In this document: positions 18,702 to 28,818 of the stretch, piece after piece
Layout of the letters: the number at the start of each line of letters is the position of its first letter
Numbering within the stretch: the stretch's first letter is position 1
Source of the DNA: Escherichia phage KKP 3954
Length of the DNA: 64,000 bases
Strand: one strand, 5' to 3'
Sequence record: OR067838.1
Translations under genes and position numbers: made by a program
Notes under the pieces: generated by a model
Seen by the model: the letters and a program-made list of their open reading frames with translations, nothing else
Database searches by the model: none
What the model was told of the DNA's origin: nothing

Positions 18702-18893
18702 ATGCATTACGATTTAGATTGTTTTGGTATGCCTTACCTACCAGATGAATTTGAAGGTGAAGAAGAACGTGAATGGGATGATGGGGATATCCGTTGTTGG
18801 TCTTGTGGTAAAGATATGTCTTACGAACAACATATGCACAATGATGGTTTCTGCATACATTGTTATAATGAAATTGATCTGGAGGAAGATTAA
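18702..18893 (+). CDS. small zinc-ribbon protein
   Basis: ORF track; GGAGGAG RBS; CWSC...CIHC. Confidence 0.45.
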   Translation: MHYDLDCFGMPYLPDEFEGEEEREWDDGDIRCWSCGKDMSYEQHMHNDGFCIHCYNEIDLEED

Positions 18894-19060
18894 TGGGAAA
18901 TGGTATCATGATTTGCTATAAAATTGTGCGTATTGTCGGAGACGAAGTTACCACTCGGTATTTTATGATAGAGTCTCAAGCCGATGAGGTTTACAATGAC
19001 TGGCTTGAAAAAGGTGGATACGATTTTGTATCTAAAGAAACTTTCCGTTTAGAAGTATAA
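18893..19060 (+). CDS. small hypothetical protein (55 aa; below ORF-track cutoff)
   Basis: ATG 18893 overlapping previous stop, GGAGGA RBS 7 nt upstream. Confidence 0.35.
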   Translation: MGNGIMICYKIVRIVGDEVTTRYFMIESQADEVYNDWLEKGGYDFVSKETFRLEV

Positions 19061-19070
19061 GGAGAAAACA

Positions 19071-19289
19071 ATGCGTAAATTAGTGAGCTTTAATGTTTCA
19101 ATTCTTGTTGATGAACAAAATGAAGATGTTATTAAAGGTCTTGCAAATAAGATTGCAGGTGGAATGACGGAAGCTGAAGTGTGGGAAGAATGTGCTCGAC
19201 TTTATGAGGAAGGTGTTATTGAGGTCTTGGGGGATGAGATTAATATGGACGATGTTGTAAAAGTAACTGTGGAGCGTATCAATGACTAA
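19071..19289 (+). CDS. small acidic hypothetical protein
   Basis: ORF track; AAGGAGAAA RBS. Confidence 0.45.
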   Translation: MRKLVSFNVSILVDEQNEDVIKGLANKIAGGMTEAEVWEECARLYEEGVIEVLGDEINMDDVVKVTVERIND

Positions 19290-19875
19290 ATCAAAACAAA
19301 TCAATATTGCCAAAGAGATTCTTACCGTATTAAAGATCGCTGATCCTAATTCTGTCTTGGCTGGCGGTGCTGTTCGTGATTGGCGTATTCTTGATATTGC
19401 TGGACGTGATCTGGATTTCTACACATCCCTTCCTGCACATCGATCAGAAGAGCAAATACAAGAATTGATTGCATCTGCTTTGATGGGAACTAATGTTCGT
19501 AAACTAGGAAACAAAGAGGCTTCTGACAATTATGAGGGTGTTACTGGTCTTAAACACGTTTTTGAGTTTGAACGTGATGGTCAGCTTTGCAACCTTATGA
19601 TTATGGAACCAAGCGTAATGACAACCTTTCTAAATGAGTTTGATCTGTCCATCTGCCAGGCTGCATTTGATGGGAAGGATTGCTATTATTCTAAAGATTT
19701 TGAAACAACCTTGGAAACAGGGATCTGCTTCTTGCACAAAGATGTTAGAGAAGATGCCAAACACGTTATTAAAATTGCTACACGTTTCCCATATCTTCGT
19801 TTTGTGAAAGAGGTTAAGGTTCCACGTCCACCTCAAGTAGATACCAGATTAGAAGAAGATGATATTCCTTGGTAA
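19282..19875 (+). CDS. putative nucleotidyltransferase-fold protein
   Basis: GGAVRDWRILDIAGRDLDF fits the pol-beta superfamily pattern G[GS]...DxD. Confidence 0.45.
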   Translation: MTKSKQINIAKEILTVLKIADPNSVLAGGAVRDWRILDIAGRDLDFYTSLPAHRSEEQIQELIASALMGTNVRKLGNKEASDNYEGVTGLKHVFEFERDGQLCNLMIMEPSVMTTFLNEFDLSICQAAFDGKDCYYSKDFETTLETGICFLHKDVREDAKHVIKIATRFPYLRFVKEVKVPRPPQVDTRLEEDDIPW

Positions 19876-19882
19876 TTAAAGC

Positions 19883-19912
19883 TTGACAATATTAAACATT
19901 TTATGATAGGAT
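19883..19912 (+). promoter_or_regulatory. sigma70-like promoter (TTGACA; -10 TAGGAT), possibly giving a leaderless or very short-leader transcript for 19921 gene
   Basis: TTGACA 19883-19888; no SD before ATG 19921. Confidence 0.35.
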
Positions 19913-19920
19913 AGCATTCA

Positions 19921-20313
19921 ATGACTGAACGTTCTAAGATAGCTGTTGAAACTGTTTATGGAAACTATACCAGTTTAACACTAGTTGAGAAAAATGTTGT
20001 AGGTCTTGACAACTCTTTTTATTTTCAGATTTTGGTTATTCAAGGTGGAAACAAGAAGCTAACTGCTCGTGTTGAAGCATCTGAAATAATTGAAACCACT
20101 GTTACAAACAAAGAATTCATTTCACTGCAAGATACAATCCGAAACGTTATAGACGAAGAAGGCAAAGCTGCCACAATTAAACTCGGAGGTTTTCCAGTGC
20201 AAATAGTTCATTTCCCTAATGGTGAAATTGGAGTTGGAATAGGTAAAGGTAAATACCTGTTAGAGCAAGATGATATGGAAAGACTCCGCTCTTTCTGTGC
20301 AAAATTAATGTAA
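19921..20313 (+). CDS. hypothetical protein
   Basis: ORF track. Confidence 0.45.
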   Translation: MTERSKIAVETVYGNYTSLTLVEKNVVGLDNSFYFQILVIQGGNKKLTARVEASEIIETTVTNKEFISLQDTIRNVIDEEGKAATIKLGGFPVQIVHFPNGEIGVGIGKGKYLLEQDDMERLRSFCAKLM

Positions 20314-20329
20314 TGTAGAGGAGATAATA

Positions 20330-21217
20330 ATGTCCGTAATTAATACTGAAACTGATCGTAAAGGCAAAACCGTAACTTATGCAACTGGTATCGTAGACTA
20401 CGTTAAACTGGATAAATTCGCCGAACCTAAAACTTTTCATTGGGAAGGAAAAACGATTGTTTCAACTCACCGAGCTTCTCTTGTTCTGAAAGAGAAAGGT
20501 GCTAAACCAGATGAGAAAGGTGTTTGGATTTCTCTTGGTGACATTGAACTGAAAGAAGGTTATGAAAACCTGCAAGTCAAAGAAGGTGATAACTGGATCA
20601 CTATTGAAAAAGGTGTAGAAGTAAGTATTGATATTGATCGCGTTGATAATAAAGGCGGTAAAACTTACTACAATACTAAAAAATCTCGTATTACAGTATT
20701 GTCTACCGATGGTGTTCAGAAGTCTAACAAATCTTCTGGCAATAAGGGTTCCAACGATGCTGCTCCTAAGCAGTCCTATAAAAAACGTGATACTGTAGGT
20801 CTGGAAACTGGTCACGCAGTAAATGGTGCACTGGAACTGATTCGTAATGGTGTTAAAGGCGATGCTTTCGATATCGCTGGGGTTGTTCAATCTGCAACTG
20901 TCACACTGAAATCGGAAATTGCTGAATCTCGTGGCGTTGATATTAATGATTATGATCTTGGGGCATCTGTTGGTCACGCTATCCTCAATGCTTGTAAAGA
21001 CCATACCGTTAAGACTGTATCTGTAGAAGATCTGATTGATTCTGCTCGTAAAGTTCTGGCTCTGTCTGATAAAGTTGCTGCTGCCATTCGTGGTTCCGCA
21101 GAACAGCCTAAGAAAGAAGAGAAGAAAGAAGTTAAGAAACCTGAACCACAACCAGAACCAACTCCAAGTAATCAAGAAGAACCTCCAATGGACTTCGACG
21201 ATGATATTCCATTCTGA
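20330..21217 (+). CDS. ssb: single-stranded DNA-binding protein with E. coli SSB-like acidic C-terminal tail
   Basis: C-terminus EPPMDFDDDIPF is the same as the E. coli SSB tail; strong RBS GAGGAG. Confidence 0.7.
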   Translation: MSVINTETDRKGKTVTYATGIVDYVKLDKFAEPKTFHWEGKTIVSTHRASLVLKEKGAKPDEKGVWISLGDIELKEGYENLQVKEGDNWITIEKGVEVSIDIDRVDNKGGKTYYNTKKSRITVLSTDGVQKSNKSSGNKGSNDAAPKQSYKKRDTVGLETGHAVNGALELIRNGVKGDAFDIAGVVQSATVTLKSEIAESRGVDINDYDLGASVGHAILNACKDHTVKTVSVEDLIDSARKVLALSDKVAAAIRGSAEQPKKEEKKEVKKPEPQPEPTPSNQEEPPMDFDDDIPF

Positions 21218-21251
21218 TCTTATTGATTTATAAAGAGTTTTTATAAAAGAA

Positions 21252-21280
21252 AAGGGAACCCGCAAAGGTTCCCTTTTTTA
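21252..21280. terminator. bidirectional rho-independent terminator between convergent plus and minus gene blocks
   Basis: AAGGGAACC-CGCAAA-GGTTCCCTT flanked by A-tract and T-tract. Confidence 0.65.
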
Positions 21281-23956
21281 TTAGTCGTAATATTTCAAAC
21301 CTGTAATGAACTTCGATCCCCAATCCGCACTTGCGGCGGTGAACGTCAACATCCAAGTTGTAGCTGTACCAGTGAAGACCTCTCGTTGCACAATACCATC
21401 AGTGTGGTAAATGTCCACGCCAGTATGTCCATTCTTAGGAATAGTGAAGGTAACAGCACTGGTAGTGTCTCGTGCATAAGAACAAACAAATGGTGTCCCC
21501 GCCCAAACTGGATTTGTCATATCCCCCATCTCAAGCTGTGGAACCCAAGCAATAAGACCTGCCATACCATCTCCTGCGAAAGTGTCTGATCCACTTGCAT
21601 TCAAAGCTATAATCTCATAGGTTATAGATGCTTGTTTGGCAACTGTCACTTTGTGTAGAATTACACGATACCAACCATTCCCCATATCGATTATGTTTGC
21701 ATCTGCACCTGTAAATGTTCCAGCTACAAGATCATAAGTCCCTTCGTTAATCTCATCTCCTGAAGTCAATTTGAGTTTCACTTTAGTGATCCCATCTGGC
21801 TTCAAGAATACGGATGCCGCCCAGTGCTTACCTGCTGTAATATCAGAAGCTGTATTCACTGCTGATAAAATATGTTGTCCTGAAGTTGTAGAAGGTGTTA
21901 ACTTGTAAGTGTTAGCCGTAGTTCCAACCGGAGAGTTGATTGTTGATGCTGTGACTGTCAAGTTCGTCTTCAACCACGGGGAAGCTGTTGTCAAGTTATT
22001 GTTGATAAAGATATGTATACGGTTGGCTGCTACAACACGTCTACCTTGTGGAGTTGTACCAACATATTCTAAAGGTGCTACGGGAGCAGAACTCTCTGTA
22101 GGTACAAGGATATCTCCAGAAGCCCTGGCATAACGGTTACTCCTGTTGACCTTTACATCCGCCGGAATAGTTTCTTGCGTCAAATCATAGTCCATCACAA
22201 TCACCACAGCATTCACTGCGAGATAAGAACTATCTTCGGCAGTTACCACACCTTGATAAGTTGCTCTACAACCGATACGACAATCCCCATCAGCAACCGC
22301 TGTAATAACGCCTGTAACGGGGTCAACTGTTGCTACCGTAGGATCATTAGAGAAATACTCAACAACCATACCAGGTAAGCTTGCTGCCCCTGTTGGCGTT
22401 ATTTCTGCTACCATTGTTTGTGTTGTTCCTACATCCATCGCAGATAAGCTAGGAGTGTAAACGCTCAATGTTGAAGCATATCCTCCAGAGGTATCTGATA
22501 AAGTTGTTCCTTCAGCGTTTAAGGCTGTCATACCTGCATCAAAACCACCTTCTGCATGGAAAGTCATTAAACCAGTAGATGATATTGTCATGTTTGCAGG
22601 GGCAGAAGAAGTGTATTTAATATTGAAAAGTTTACCTCCTTCTGGGCTAACAGAATGTGTCAACTGTTTAGTTCCACCTACAATACAAATTCCTAAAGAA
22701 TCTGTAGTTAAGCCAGTTGCCAGAACATCACCCGTAATCACGGAGCTTGCTATTGGTGTGAATTTATTATAGTTTAGACCACTATTGAACAGATACGAAG
22801 CTTTCCCATCTTTCCAAATACCGGAATAATACATATCTCCATTATAAACGAAAAAGGTTCCTTGATAACCTAATTGGTTAGTAACATCCATATTCAGCGT
22901 ATGAACGCTTGTGAGCTTGTTTATATCCCAAGAACCCACTCCTTCAGGTTTAACTGGTTTTCCCACTTGGAGTGGATCTCCGCTCGCAGAATCATACCCC
23001 AAACCTAAGTTTGCAGTGTAGTTCTTACCAATAGCCCACAAGGAATTATTGATCCCAACGAAAAAAGAGTGGCGGCTTGGTGGAAACTTCCATGTTGAGA
23101 AACCTGCTGCAAAGGTATCCAGTTTAGTGTAGGTTGTTTCTGTATTAGATCTAACATATAAGTAGTTTACCATACCCGTGCCACCGGAGGTATCTCCTAC
23201 AACTATTGTCTGGGAAACTGTATTGATGTAATCTTTGACATACACTGTTTCAGTAGCGGATATCTTGGCATTGACAAAAGCTGTTGTTGTGTTATTATTA
23301 CCTGCTAAACCTTTACTAGCTCCACAAACACGCAAGGTTCCCACATTGTTGACATAAGAGCATTGGTTGTAACCTGCATCAAAAGCAACTGCTGCACTCG
23401 TTATTTGACGAGGAGTAGAAACTTCGTTAGTAGTACTTGCACCTAAACTGCCTACTGTGTTTTGACCCGATCCATAAAGAACGCCACTATTCATTAACCA
23501 GAGAGTGTTATTATATCCTCCCTTAACCTCTTTAAGATTGGCTAAAGAGATAGTCCCCGTTATTACAGATGGAAAGCTGGTCCAAGTAGTTACACATGCA
23601 TCCATACCACCTGCTGCTATAGATCCTACCAACCCTGCTGTCAATCCTGAATATTGCCATCCCCCACTATTAGTTTTAATAATAAAACAACGATCTGCGG
23701 TAAACACATCCGCTACTACAGTAGAAGCTAAGTAGAAATTATTGAATCGTGCACTACGAGTTCCATCTGCAATCTCACCAAAAAGGTTTGCACCTTGAGT
23801 AAACAATCTACCATCGTTAAGCAAAATTGCTAAACTACTGTTAGAATTACCAGCATTGTCTGGGTAATCTAAAGTGATTACTTTTTTAACAATACCCGCT
23901 GGCAGAGGAACGACACCAGTACTGGTCATAATAGTAAATATTGGAATTGGAAACAT
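21281..23956 (-). CDS. tail fiber/tailspike-like protein (receptor-binding candidate)
   Basis: 891 aa, Gly/Thr/Ser/Asn-rich; GGAGGG RBS; last gene of tail block. Confidence 0.55.
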   Translation of the reverse strand: MFPIPIFTIMTSTGVVPLPAGIVKKVITLDYPDNAGNSNSSLAILLNDGRLFTQGANLFGEIADGTRSARFNNFYLASTVVADVFTADRCFIIKTNSGGWQYSGLTAGLVGSIAAGGMDACVTTWTSFPSVITGTISLANLKEVKGGYNNTLWLMNSGVLYGSGQNTVGSLGASTTNEVSTPRQITSAAVAFDAGYNQCSYVNNVGTLRVCGASKGLAGNNNTTTAFVNAKISATETVYVKDYINTVSQTIVVGDTSGGTGMVNYLYVRSNTETTYTKLDTFAAGFSTWKFPPSRHSFFVGINNSLWAIGKNYTANLGLGYDSASGDPLQVGKPVKPEGVGSWDINKLTSVHTLNMDVTNQLGYQGTFFVYNGDMYYSGIWKDGKASYLFNSGLNYNKFTPIASSVITGDVLATGLTTDSLGICIVGGTKQLTHSVSPEGGKLFNIKYTSSAPANMTISSTGLMTFHAEGGFDAGMTALNAEGTTLSDTSGGYASTLSVYTPSLSAMDVGTTQTMVAEITPTGAASLPGMVVEYFSNDPTVATVDPVTGVITAVADGDCRIGCRATYQGVVTAEDSSYLAVNAVVIVMDYDLTQETIPADVKVNRSNRYARASGDILVPTESSAPVAPLEYVGTTPQGRRVVAANRIHIFINNNLTTASPWLKTNLTVTASTINSPVGTTANTYKLTPSTTSGQHILSAVNTASDITAGKHWAASVFLKPDGITKVKLKLTSGDEINEGTYDLVAGTFTGADANIIDMGNGWYRVILHKVTVAKQASITYEIIALNASGSDTFAGDGMAGLIAWVPQLEMGDMTNPVWAGTPFVCSYARDTTSAVTFTIPKNGHTGVDIYHTDGIVQREVFTGTATTWMLTFTAASADWGSKFITGLKYYD

Positions 23957-23969
23957 TTAAACCCTCCAT

Positions 23970-23995
23970 AAAAAGAAAGCCCCTTTCGGGGCTTC
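23970..23995 (-). terminator. rho-independent terminator on minus strand
   Basis: GAAGCCCC-GAAA-GGGGCTTTC then TTTTT on minus strand. Confidence 0.5.
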
Positions 23996-23997
23996 TG

Positions 23998-26022
23998 CTA
24001 TCGTGTTACAACAACCATGTCCACGATATCACCCACACCAGGATACGTTAATTGCAAAATTGTTACTGCGTTAGCAGTAGTTGCTATTTCTGTATCATTC
24101 AGTGCTCCATAAGACGCATCTAGTGTAACCGTGTGTCCCGTTGTATCTTGAATCAAATAAATCATTGCTGAAAACGCTTTAGGTTTTGTAGAGCCAGTGA
24201 CACCAGGCCATGCTCCAACTGTCAGAGCGTCAGTTACTGTAACAACATACATATTGGAAGTTCCAGAAGGAGTCCAAGATGCTCCAGAGTTGGTAGTAGT
24301 TGTTTCAAGTTCCATGAAACCTGCTGTAACTCTAGTTGGTGTTATAGCTTCCGTAGGATCTGATCCTGATATTTCGATCCAGTTTCCATCAGAACGACCA
24401 TACGTCAAGCCGTCTTGAGGGGCTTCTGGTATACTAGGAAGAGTTCCTATAAGTGTCCACGTAGAAGAATCTGTTTTCTTAAACACTGCTCCAGTGGTAG
24501 TATTGAAGGCGTAATCATTGATAACACCGTCTCCTGCGACTGGATTAGTTGTTGCTACAAACCACTGTGCGCCGTCCTTACCGTTGGTCCCATCAATACC
24601 GTTGGTTCCGTTTGTTCCAGGATCACCCTTATCTCCTTTATCCCCTTTTTCACCTTTGTCGCCTTTAATACTTCCCATGTCAACAAAAGATGCGGAATTG
24701 GTGTCTTGATCGTAGGTATAGATGTAAAGATTACTAGTGTCTTCAGTTAAGTAGGCATCGCCATAGTTATTGTAAACAGGTAGAGCTTCACTGTTCGGAA
24801 CATGACCTTTAGCTGTAATTGATGTTCCTCCAAGACTACCAACATTCATCCATTCCGTAGCATCTTGAACCCAAACATACAAATCATTATTAATTTTATA
24901 TGCGTCACCTACTTCTCCAGTCGGAGGAAGTTCAGCTTCGCTGTTCAGAACCCCGATAATCTCTAAACCTGATCCTGTTGCACCCACTGGTCCTTGTGGA
25001 CCTAATTCGCCTTGTGGTCCTCGTTCTCCTTGCTCTCCCTTGTCTCCTTTTGGACCTTTAAGCGAGGCAATAAAATCTACTTCTGTCCCTTCATTACCAG
25101 CATCCAGCCAACTTTGATATGCAGATTTCCCTTCATCTCCATCTGTTCCATCTAGACCGTCTTTACCTGCCTCACCTTGTGGACCTTGAGGACCAACAAT
25201 ATTACCCATGTTGACCCAAGCTGTCCCATTGGAGACATAAAGATTACCACTGATAGAATAAGCTTGGCTTACGTTTTCAGAGTTAGGTTGTGGTAAGTTA
25301 CTTGTAGAAGGCAAATCCCCACGATAATCAAAACCATTAGCGTTGACACCAGGTGCACCCTGTGGACCTGTAGGACCAACGTCTCCTTTATCACCTTTTA
25401 TAGAGGCAAGAAAGTCATAAACAGATCCTGTATTACCATCTGCCAACCATACCTCGTAAGCTGATTTCCCTTCTGGTCCAAGAGAAGAAATAAGTTTCCA
25501 AACAGAACCGTCCCAAGCGTAAATCACATCACCTACGATATAACCATCCCCTGCAACGTTACCTGTAGATGGTAGTTCACTAGTGCTTGCTAATGATCCT
25601 TTAATATTAAGTTGAGCACCAGTATCCCCTTTCAAAGAAGCAAGCCATTGTGCTTCTGTTCCAACAAAACCATTATCAAGTGCGATCTGATAAGCCGATT
25701 TACCAGCTTCAGGTATTGCTTCTGACAAATCATCGATCTGTTGTTGCACTGCCGTAAACTTGGCATTGATAATTGCTATATCATCAGCGGTCCCAACACT
25801 TTGCCATGCAAGGGAAGAAATACCACCTGTGGTGGCTGGCGTAGAGTTTGCTGGAACTACTTTAGGAAAAGTTCCTTTCCATTGGTAATAATTCCCTTCT
25901 GCCGCTAACAGCAAAACTTCACGGGAATTACGTAATGTAAAACCTGCCTCAAAGCTGCGACGTTTTCGATAAGTAGCTTCTACCAGATCGGCTATCGCAC
26001 TATTAGGTCTTGTTAAATTCAT
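23998..26022 (-). CDS. collagen-like repeat tail fiber protein
   Basis: Several Gly-X-Y runs (GPQGPQGEAGKDGLDGTDG, GDKGEKGDKGDKGDPG) and three repeats of GKSAYxxWLxxGxxGxxxDFxASLKG. Confidence 0.6.
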   Translation of the reverse strand: MNLTRPNSAIADLVEATYRKRRSFEAGFTLRNSREVLLLAAEGNYYQWKGTFPKVVPANSTPATTGGISSLAWQSVGTADDIAIINAKFTAVQQQIDDLSEAIPEAGKSAYQIALDNGFVGTEAQWLASLKGDTGAQLNIKGSLASTSELPSTGNVAGDGYIVGDVIYAWDGSVWKLISSLGPEGKSAYEVWLADGNTGSVYDFLASIKGDKGDVGPTGPQGAPGVNANGFDYRGDLPSTSNLPQPNSENVSQAYSISGNLYVSNGTAWVNMGNIVGPQGPQGEAGKDGLDGTDGDEGKSAYQSWLDAGNEGTEVDFIASLKGPKGDKGEQGERGPQGELGPQGPVGATGSGLEIIGVLNSEAELPPTGEVGDAYKINNDLYVWVQDATEWMNVGSLGGTSITAKGHVPNSEALPVYNNYGDAYLTEDTSNLYIYTYDQDTNSASFVDMGSIKGDKGEKGDKGDKGDPGTNGTNGIDGTNGKDGAQWFVATTNPVAGDGVINDYAFNTTTGAVFKKTDSSTWTLIGTLPSIPEAPQDGLTYGRSDGNWIEISGSDPTEAITPTRVTAGFMELETTTTNSGASWTPSGTSNMYVVTVTDALTVGAWPGVTGSTKPKAFSAMIYLIQDTTGHTVTLDASYGALNDTEIATTANAVTILQLTYPGVGDIVDMVVVTR

Positions 26023-26059
26023 TTATCTCTCCTATCATTAGACCATTCTATTGGAAGAA

Positions 26060-26079
26060 GAGGGGGAATCCCCCTCTAT
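26060..26079. repeat. 19-bp perfect GC-rich palindrome AGAGGGGGA-A-TCCCCCTCT (hairpin/terminator or protein-binding site)
   Basis: Read directly; core resembles the hairpin at 8211-8230. Confidence 0.45.
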
Positions 26080-26083
26080 TCCA

Positions 26084-28801
26084 TTAGGTTGTTGGCACAT
26101 CTACTACTGGCGTTGGGCGAATAACCGCAGTATTACCTACAGAAACATTACTGGAATCATTAGGTATGGTTTTAATTCTAACTCCAGCACTTGTAGGCGT
26201 TACAATTGGATCTGCAATGTCTATTTTAACTGGGTTAGTCCACGTATCATTATCTTGATAAGGTGCACGAGTAATAACTGTGTCCAAATCTGCTCCACCT
26301 ACGCCAGCACCAGGAATACGGATACGTGTCCCTGCTGACAGAGGGTAATGATACAACCAAGAAGCATTTGTTGCTGTCCCGTTAGGAGTCAAGTTCTGTG
26401 TCAGGAAGGTATCTCCTGCCTGTGTAGCTCGAATACCGAAAGCTGGGATATCTGGAATATATGCCCCACTTGTTGTTACAAGGAAGAACGTATTATCCGC
26501 CTTGACTATCATATCACCTTTGTCAAACTCTTTCCCTGTTGGGAAATGCATTCCATCAATGTTTCGACTAGGATTAGGCTCTAAGTAATAAACTTTGCCC
26601 GTTGTCCCTACAATAGCTCCAATACCACCTGCGATATTGGTATACATATTAGCTTCAACATTACAGTTGACACGATGAATATCCGAGTAACGGCAACGGC
26701 TCCACTGTGGACGACCAGTAACCATCGTCTTGCCATCTGGGTAACAGTTTACGTTAACCATTTCAAGAACAGATTTTTCTCTACGGAAGAATCCATCATA
26801 AAATGTCCCTGGACCAGATTCAGGTTGACCAACACAATCGAAGATATTACAGGTAATGTTAGACATTGAAAGCCAAGAAGCTATACCGAACAACTGCAAT
26901 GCAGCGCAACGAATATTTTCAAAGCTAACTCTGTTTTCATAACCTGGACCAGCGGAAACTCCCGCAAAAACACGCCCAGTTTTGGTGTGAATGTTACGAA
27001 CAGAATAGTTAAAGCATGGATTTGAAGGTCTGCCCTGTGCCGGAACTACCGGATTACCTTCTTCGTCCAGAACTGCGTTAGTTCCCCACTCCAAATAAAT
27101 CATACGGATATTACTTGCAAGTGTGCTACCGTCTGTTTTAGGCTCTCCATAAACACCGTCAATCGTAAAATCTTTACTTCCATACATTACAACTGCGCCA
27201 GTTGCCAAACCTGTCCCAACAGATACAGTCTGGTCTGGATCGCCATGAATGTTTTCGATAGAGATATTACGACCAACTTCTACATGGACAATCTGACGAC
27301 AACGTTTTGCAAAAACGTTACGAATTGTAATATTCTTGCAATATTGATCATCAGGGATTCCGTAACCATATGGTCCTTTACCAGCTACACCGATACCGAT
27401 ACCCCAGTTGGACAGAGGAATAGGAGCGTTAGTCCCATCGATATTAGACAGGTAAATATTCTCAATCACACAACCATCGTCATAATGTTTATTGATGACG
27501 TTCAGTTCTATTGCATCACCTTGCATGTCCATGAAGGTAAGGTTACGGAAGACACCACGTGTTACTGGTTCCCCTGTTCCTTGTTGAAGGATGCCATACA
27601 ACCCGTTTTTAAAAATACAGTTATCAATTTCAAAAATACCTGATATTGGGTTGCCTTGGAATACCAAGCTACCAACTTGACCTGCGCGAGGAGCACCGTC
27701 CCACAAACAATCGAACATGCGCACAGCACCACCCCAATACATAACACGAGAGTTACGGAAAGTTGTGCCTTCTACTGTAGCATTTTGCACACGATAGTCG
27801 CGTTGACCACGGAACACACCCCCACGCAAAGTGATACCTTGAATATCAAAAGAGCTTGTCGTGAAAGTCATATCGCAACCGTAAGCATCGAGAATCTTGC
27901 TTTTCGAAGCTTTTGCTGCTAACAGTGCCGCTTGGAAAGCTGCTTCTGGTGTGGTATATGTTGTTGTGTTGTTAGCAAATTCTGACAAGTAGACAACATC
28001 GAATAAATCGTTGTATGTTCCACCACGAGGGGTTAACAGTCCTTCTGTATTGGTCAGAACCCATGCATTTGGACCTAATCCACCGCTTGTCTCCAATGTA
28101 TCAGAGGCCAAAATACTTTTTGGTAAACTTCCAGCCCAACGATAACGACCAGCACCACGTCCAATCGTCTGATTTTTAGCTGTCAGAGTTACGTTATTAC
28201 CAAAGCTTGTAGGCAAATGAACAAACTGTCCACGTTCAACAGCTAGTGCAGAAAGATCTACAGACCCCCCAGAATAAGTCATTACTCCAGAAACAGACAA
28301 GGATGTTAAAGTTCCTGTGATGTTAGGAGGTAATGTGTAGGAAGACTGTGCTACTGGATCATACAGAGCTTTAATCCCTGTTAACGATTGACCTGCTGTT
28401 GCGTAAGCCACCTCATCATCTAACAAACCATATTTACGAGCAATAGTTTGCAGAGGGACTTTATCCATGCTTTCTGTTAGTTCTTCCGTTTTTGTTTCTA
28501 AACTAACAAGACGGTTCTCTAGATTAGGATCTGTATCTGCTGAAGCTACGATTTTACCAATATAAGCAAAAAGCTTGTTTGGTAGTCCTGTTGCAGGATC
28601 GTGTCCCAAAGGTTCAGATAAGATGATCTTACTATCTTCTATACGGAAAGCTTCTCCCAGAACCTGAATAACACCGTTGATAGTAACAATAGCACTGTCA
28701 AAAATATAAGGAGGACTAATTACTGTTTCATAACCCGTTGCACCAGAATATACCCACGGGGTGACTTCTGTTGCTAATTGTTCTGTTTTCAGTCCCCACA
28801 A
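26084..28801 (-). CDS. tailspike protein with parallel beta-helix (pectate lyase-like) repeats; probably the C-terminal body of a gene whose N-terminus is 28819..29139
   Basis: 905 aa with beta-helix-like repeats (NITIRNVF, NISIENIHGD); TTG start without RBS; frame open upstream into previous ORF. Confidence 0.55.
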   Translation of the reverse strand: MWGLKTEQLATEVTPWVYSGATGYETVISPPYIFDSAIVTINGVIQVLGEAFRIEDSKIILSEPLGHDPATGLPNKLFAYIGKIVASADTDPNLENRLVSLETKTEELTESMDKVPLQTIARKYGLLDDEVAYATAGQSLTGIKALYDPVAQSSYTLPPNITGTLTSLSVSGVMTYSGGSVDLSALAVERGQFVHLPTSFGNNVTLTAKNQTIGRGAGRYRWAGSLPKSILASDTLETSGGLGPNAWVLTNTEGLLTPRGGTYNDLFDVVYLSEFANNTTTYTTPEAAFQAALLAAKASKSKILDAYGCDMTFTTSSFDIQGITLRGGVFRGQRDYRVQNATVEGTTFRNSRVMYWGGAVRMFDCLWDGAPRAGQVGSLVFQGNPISGIFEIDNCIFKNGLYGILQQGTGEPVTRGVFRNLTFMDMQGDAIELNVINKHYDDGCVIENIYLSNIDGTNAPIPLSNWGIGIGVAGKGPYGYGIPDDQYCKNITIRNVFAKRCRQIVHVEVGRNISIENIHGDPDQTVSVGTGLATGAVVMYGSKDFTIDGVYGEPKTDGSTLASNIRMIYLEWGTNAVLDEEGNPVVPAQGRPSNPCFNYSVRNIHTKTGRVFAGVSAGPGYENRVSFENIRCAALQLFGIASWLSMSNITCNIFDCVGQPESGPGTFYDGFFRREKSVLEMVNVNCYPDGKTMVTGRPQWSRCRYSDIHRVNCNVEANMYTNIAGGIGAIVGTTGKVYYLEPNPSRNIDGMHFPTGKEFDKGDMIVKADNTFFLVTTSGAYIPDIPAFGIRATQAGDTFLTQNLTPNGTATNASWLYHYPLSAGTRIRIPGAGVGGADLDTVITRAPYQDNDTWTNPVKIDIADPIVTPTSAGVRIKTIPNDSSNVSVGNTAVIRPTPVVDVPTT

Positions 28802-28818
28802 TACCCAGTTATTATCCC

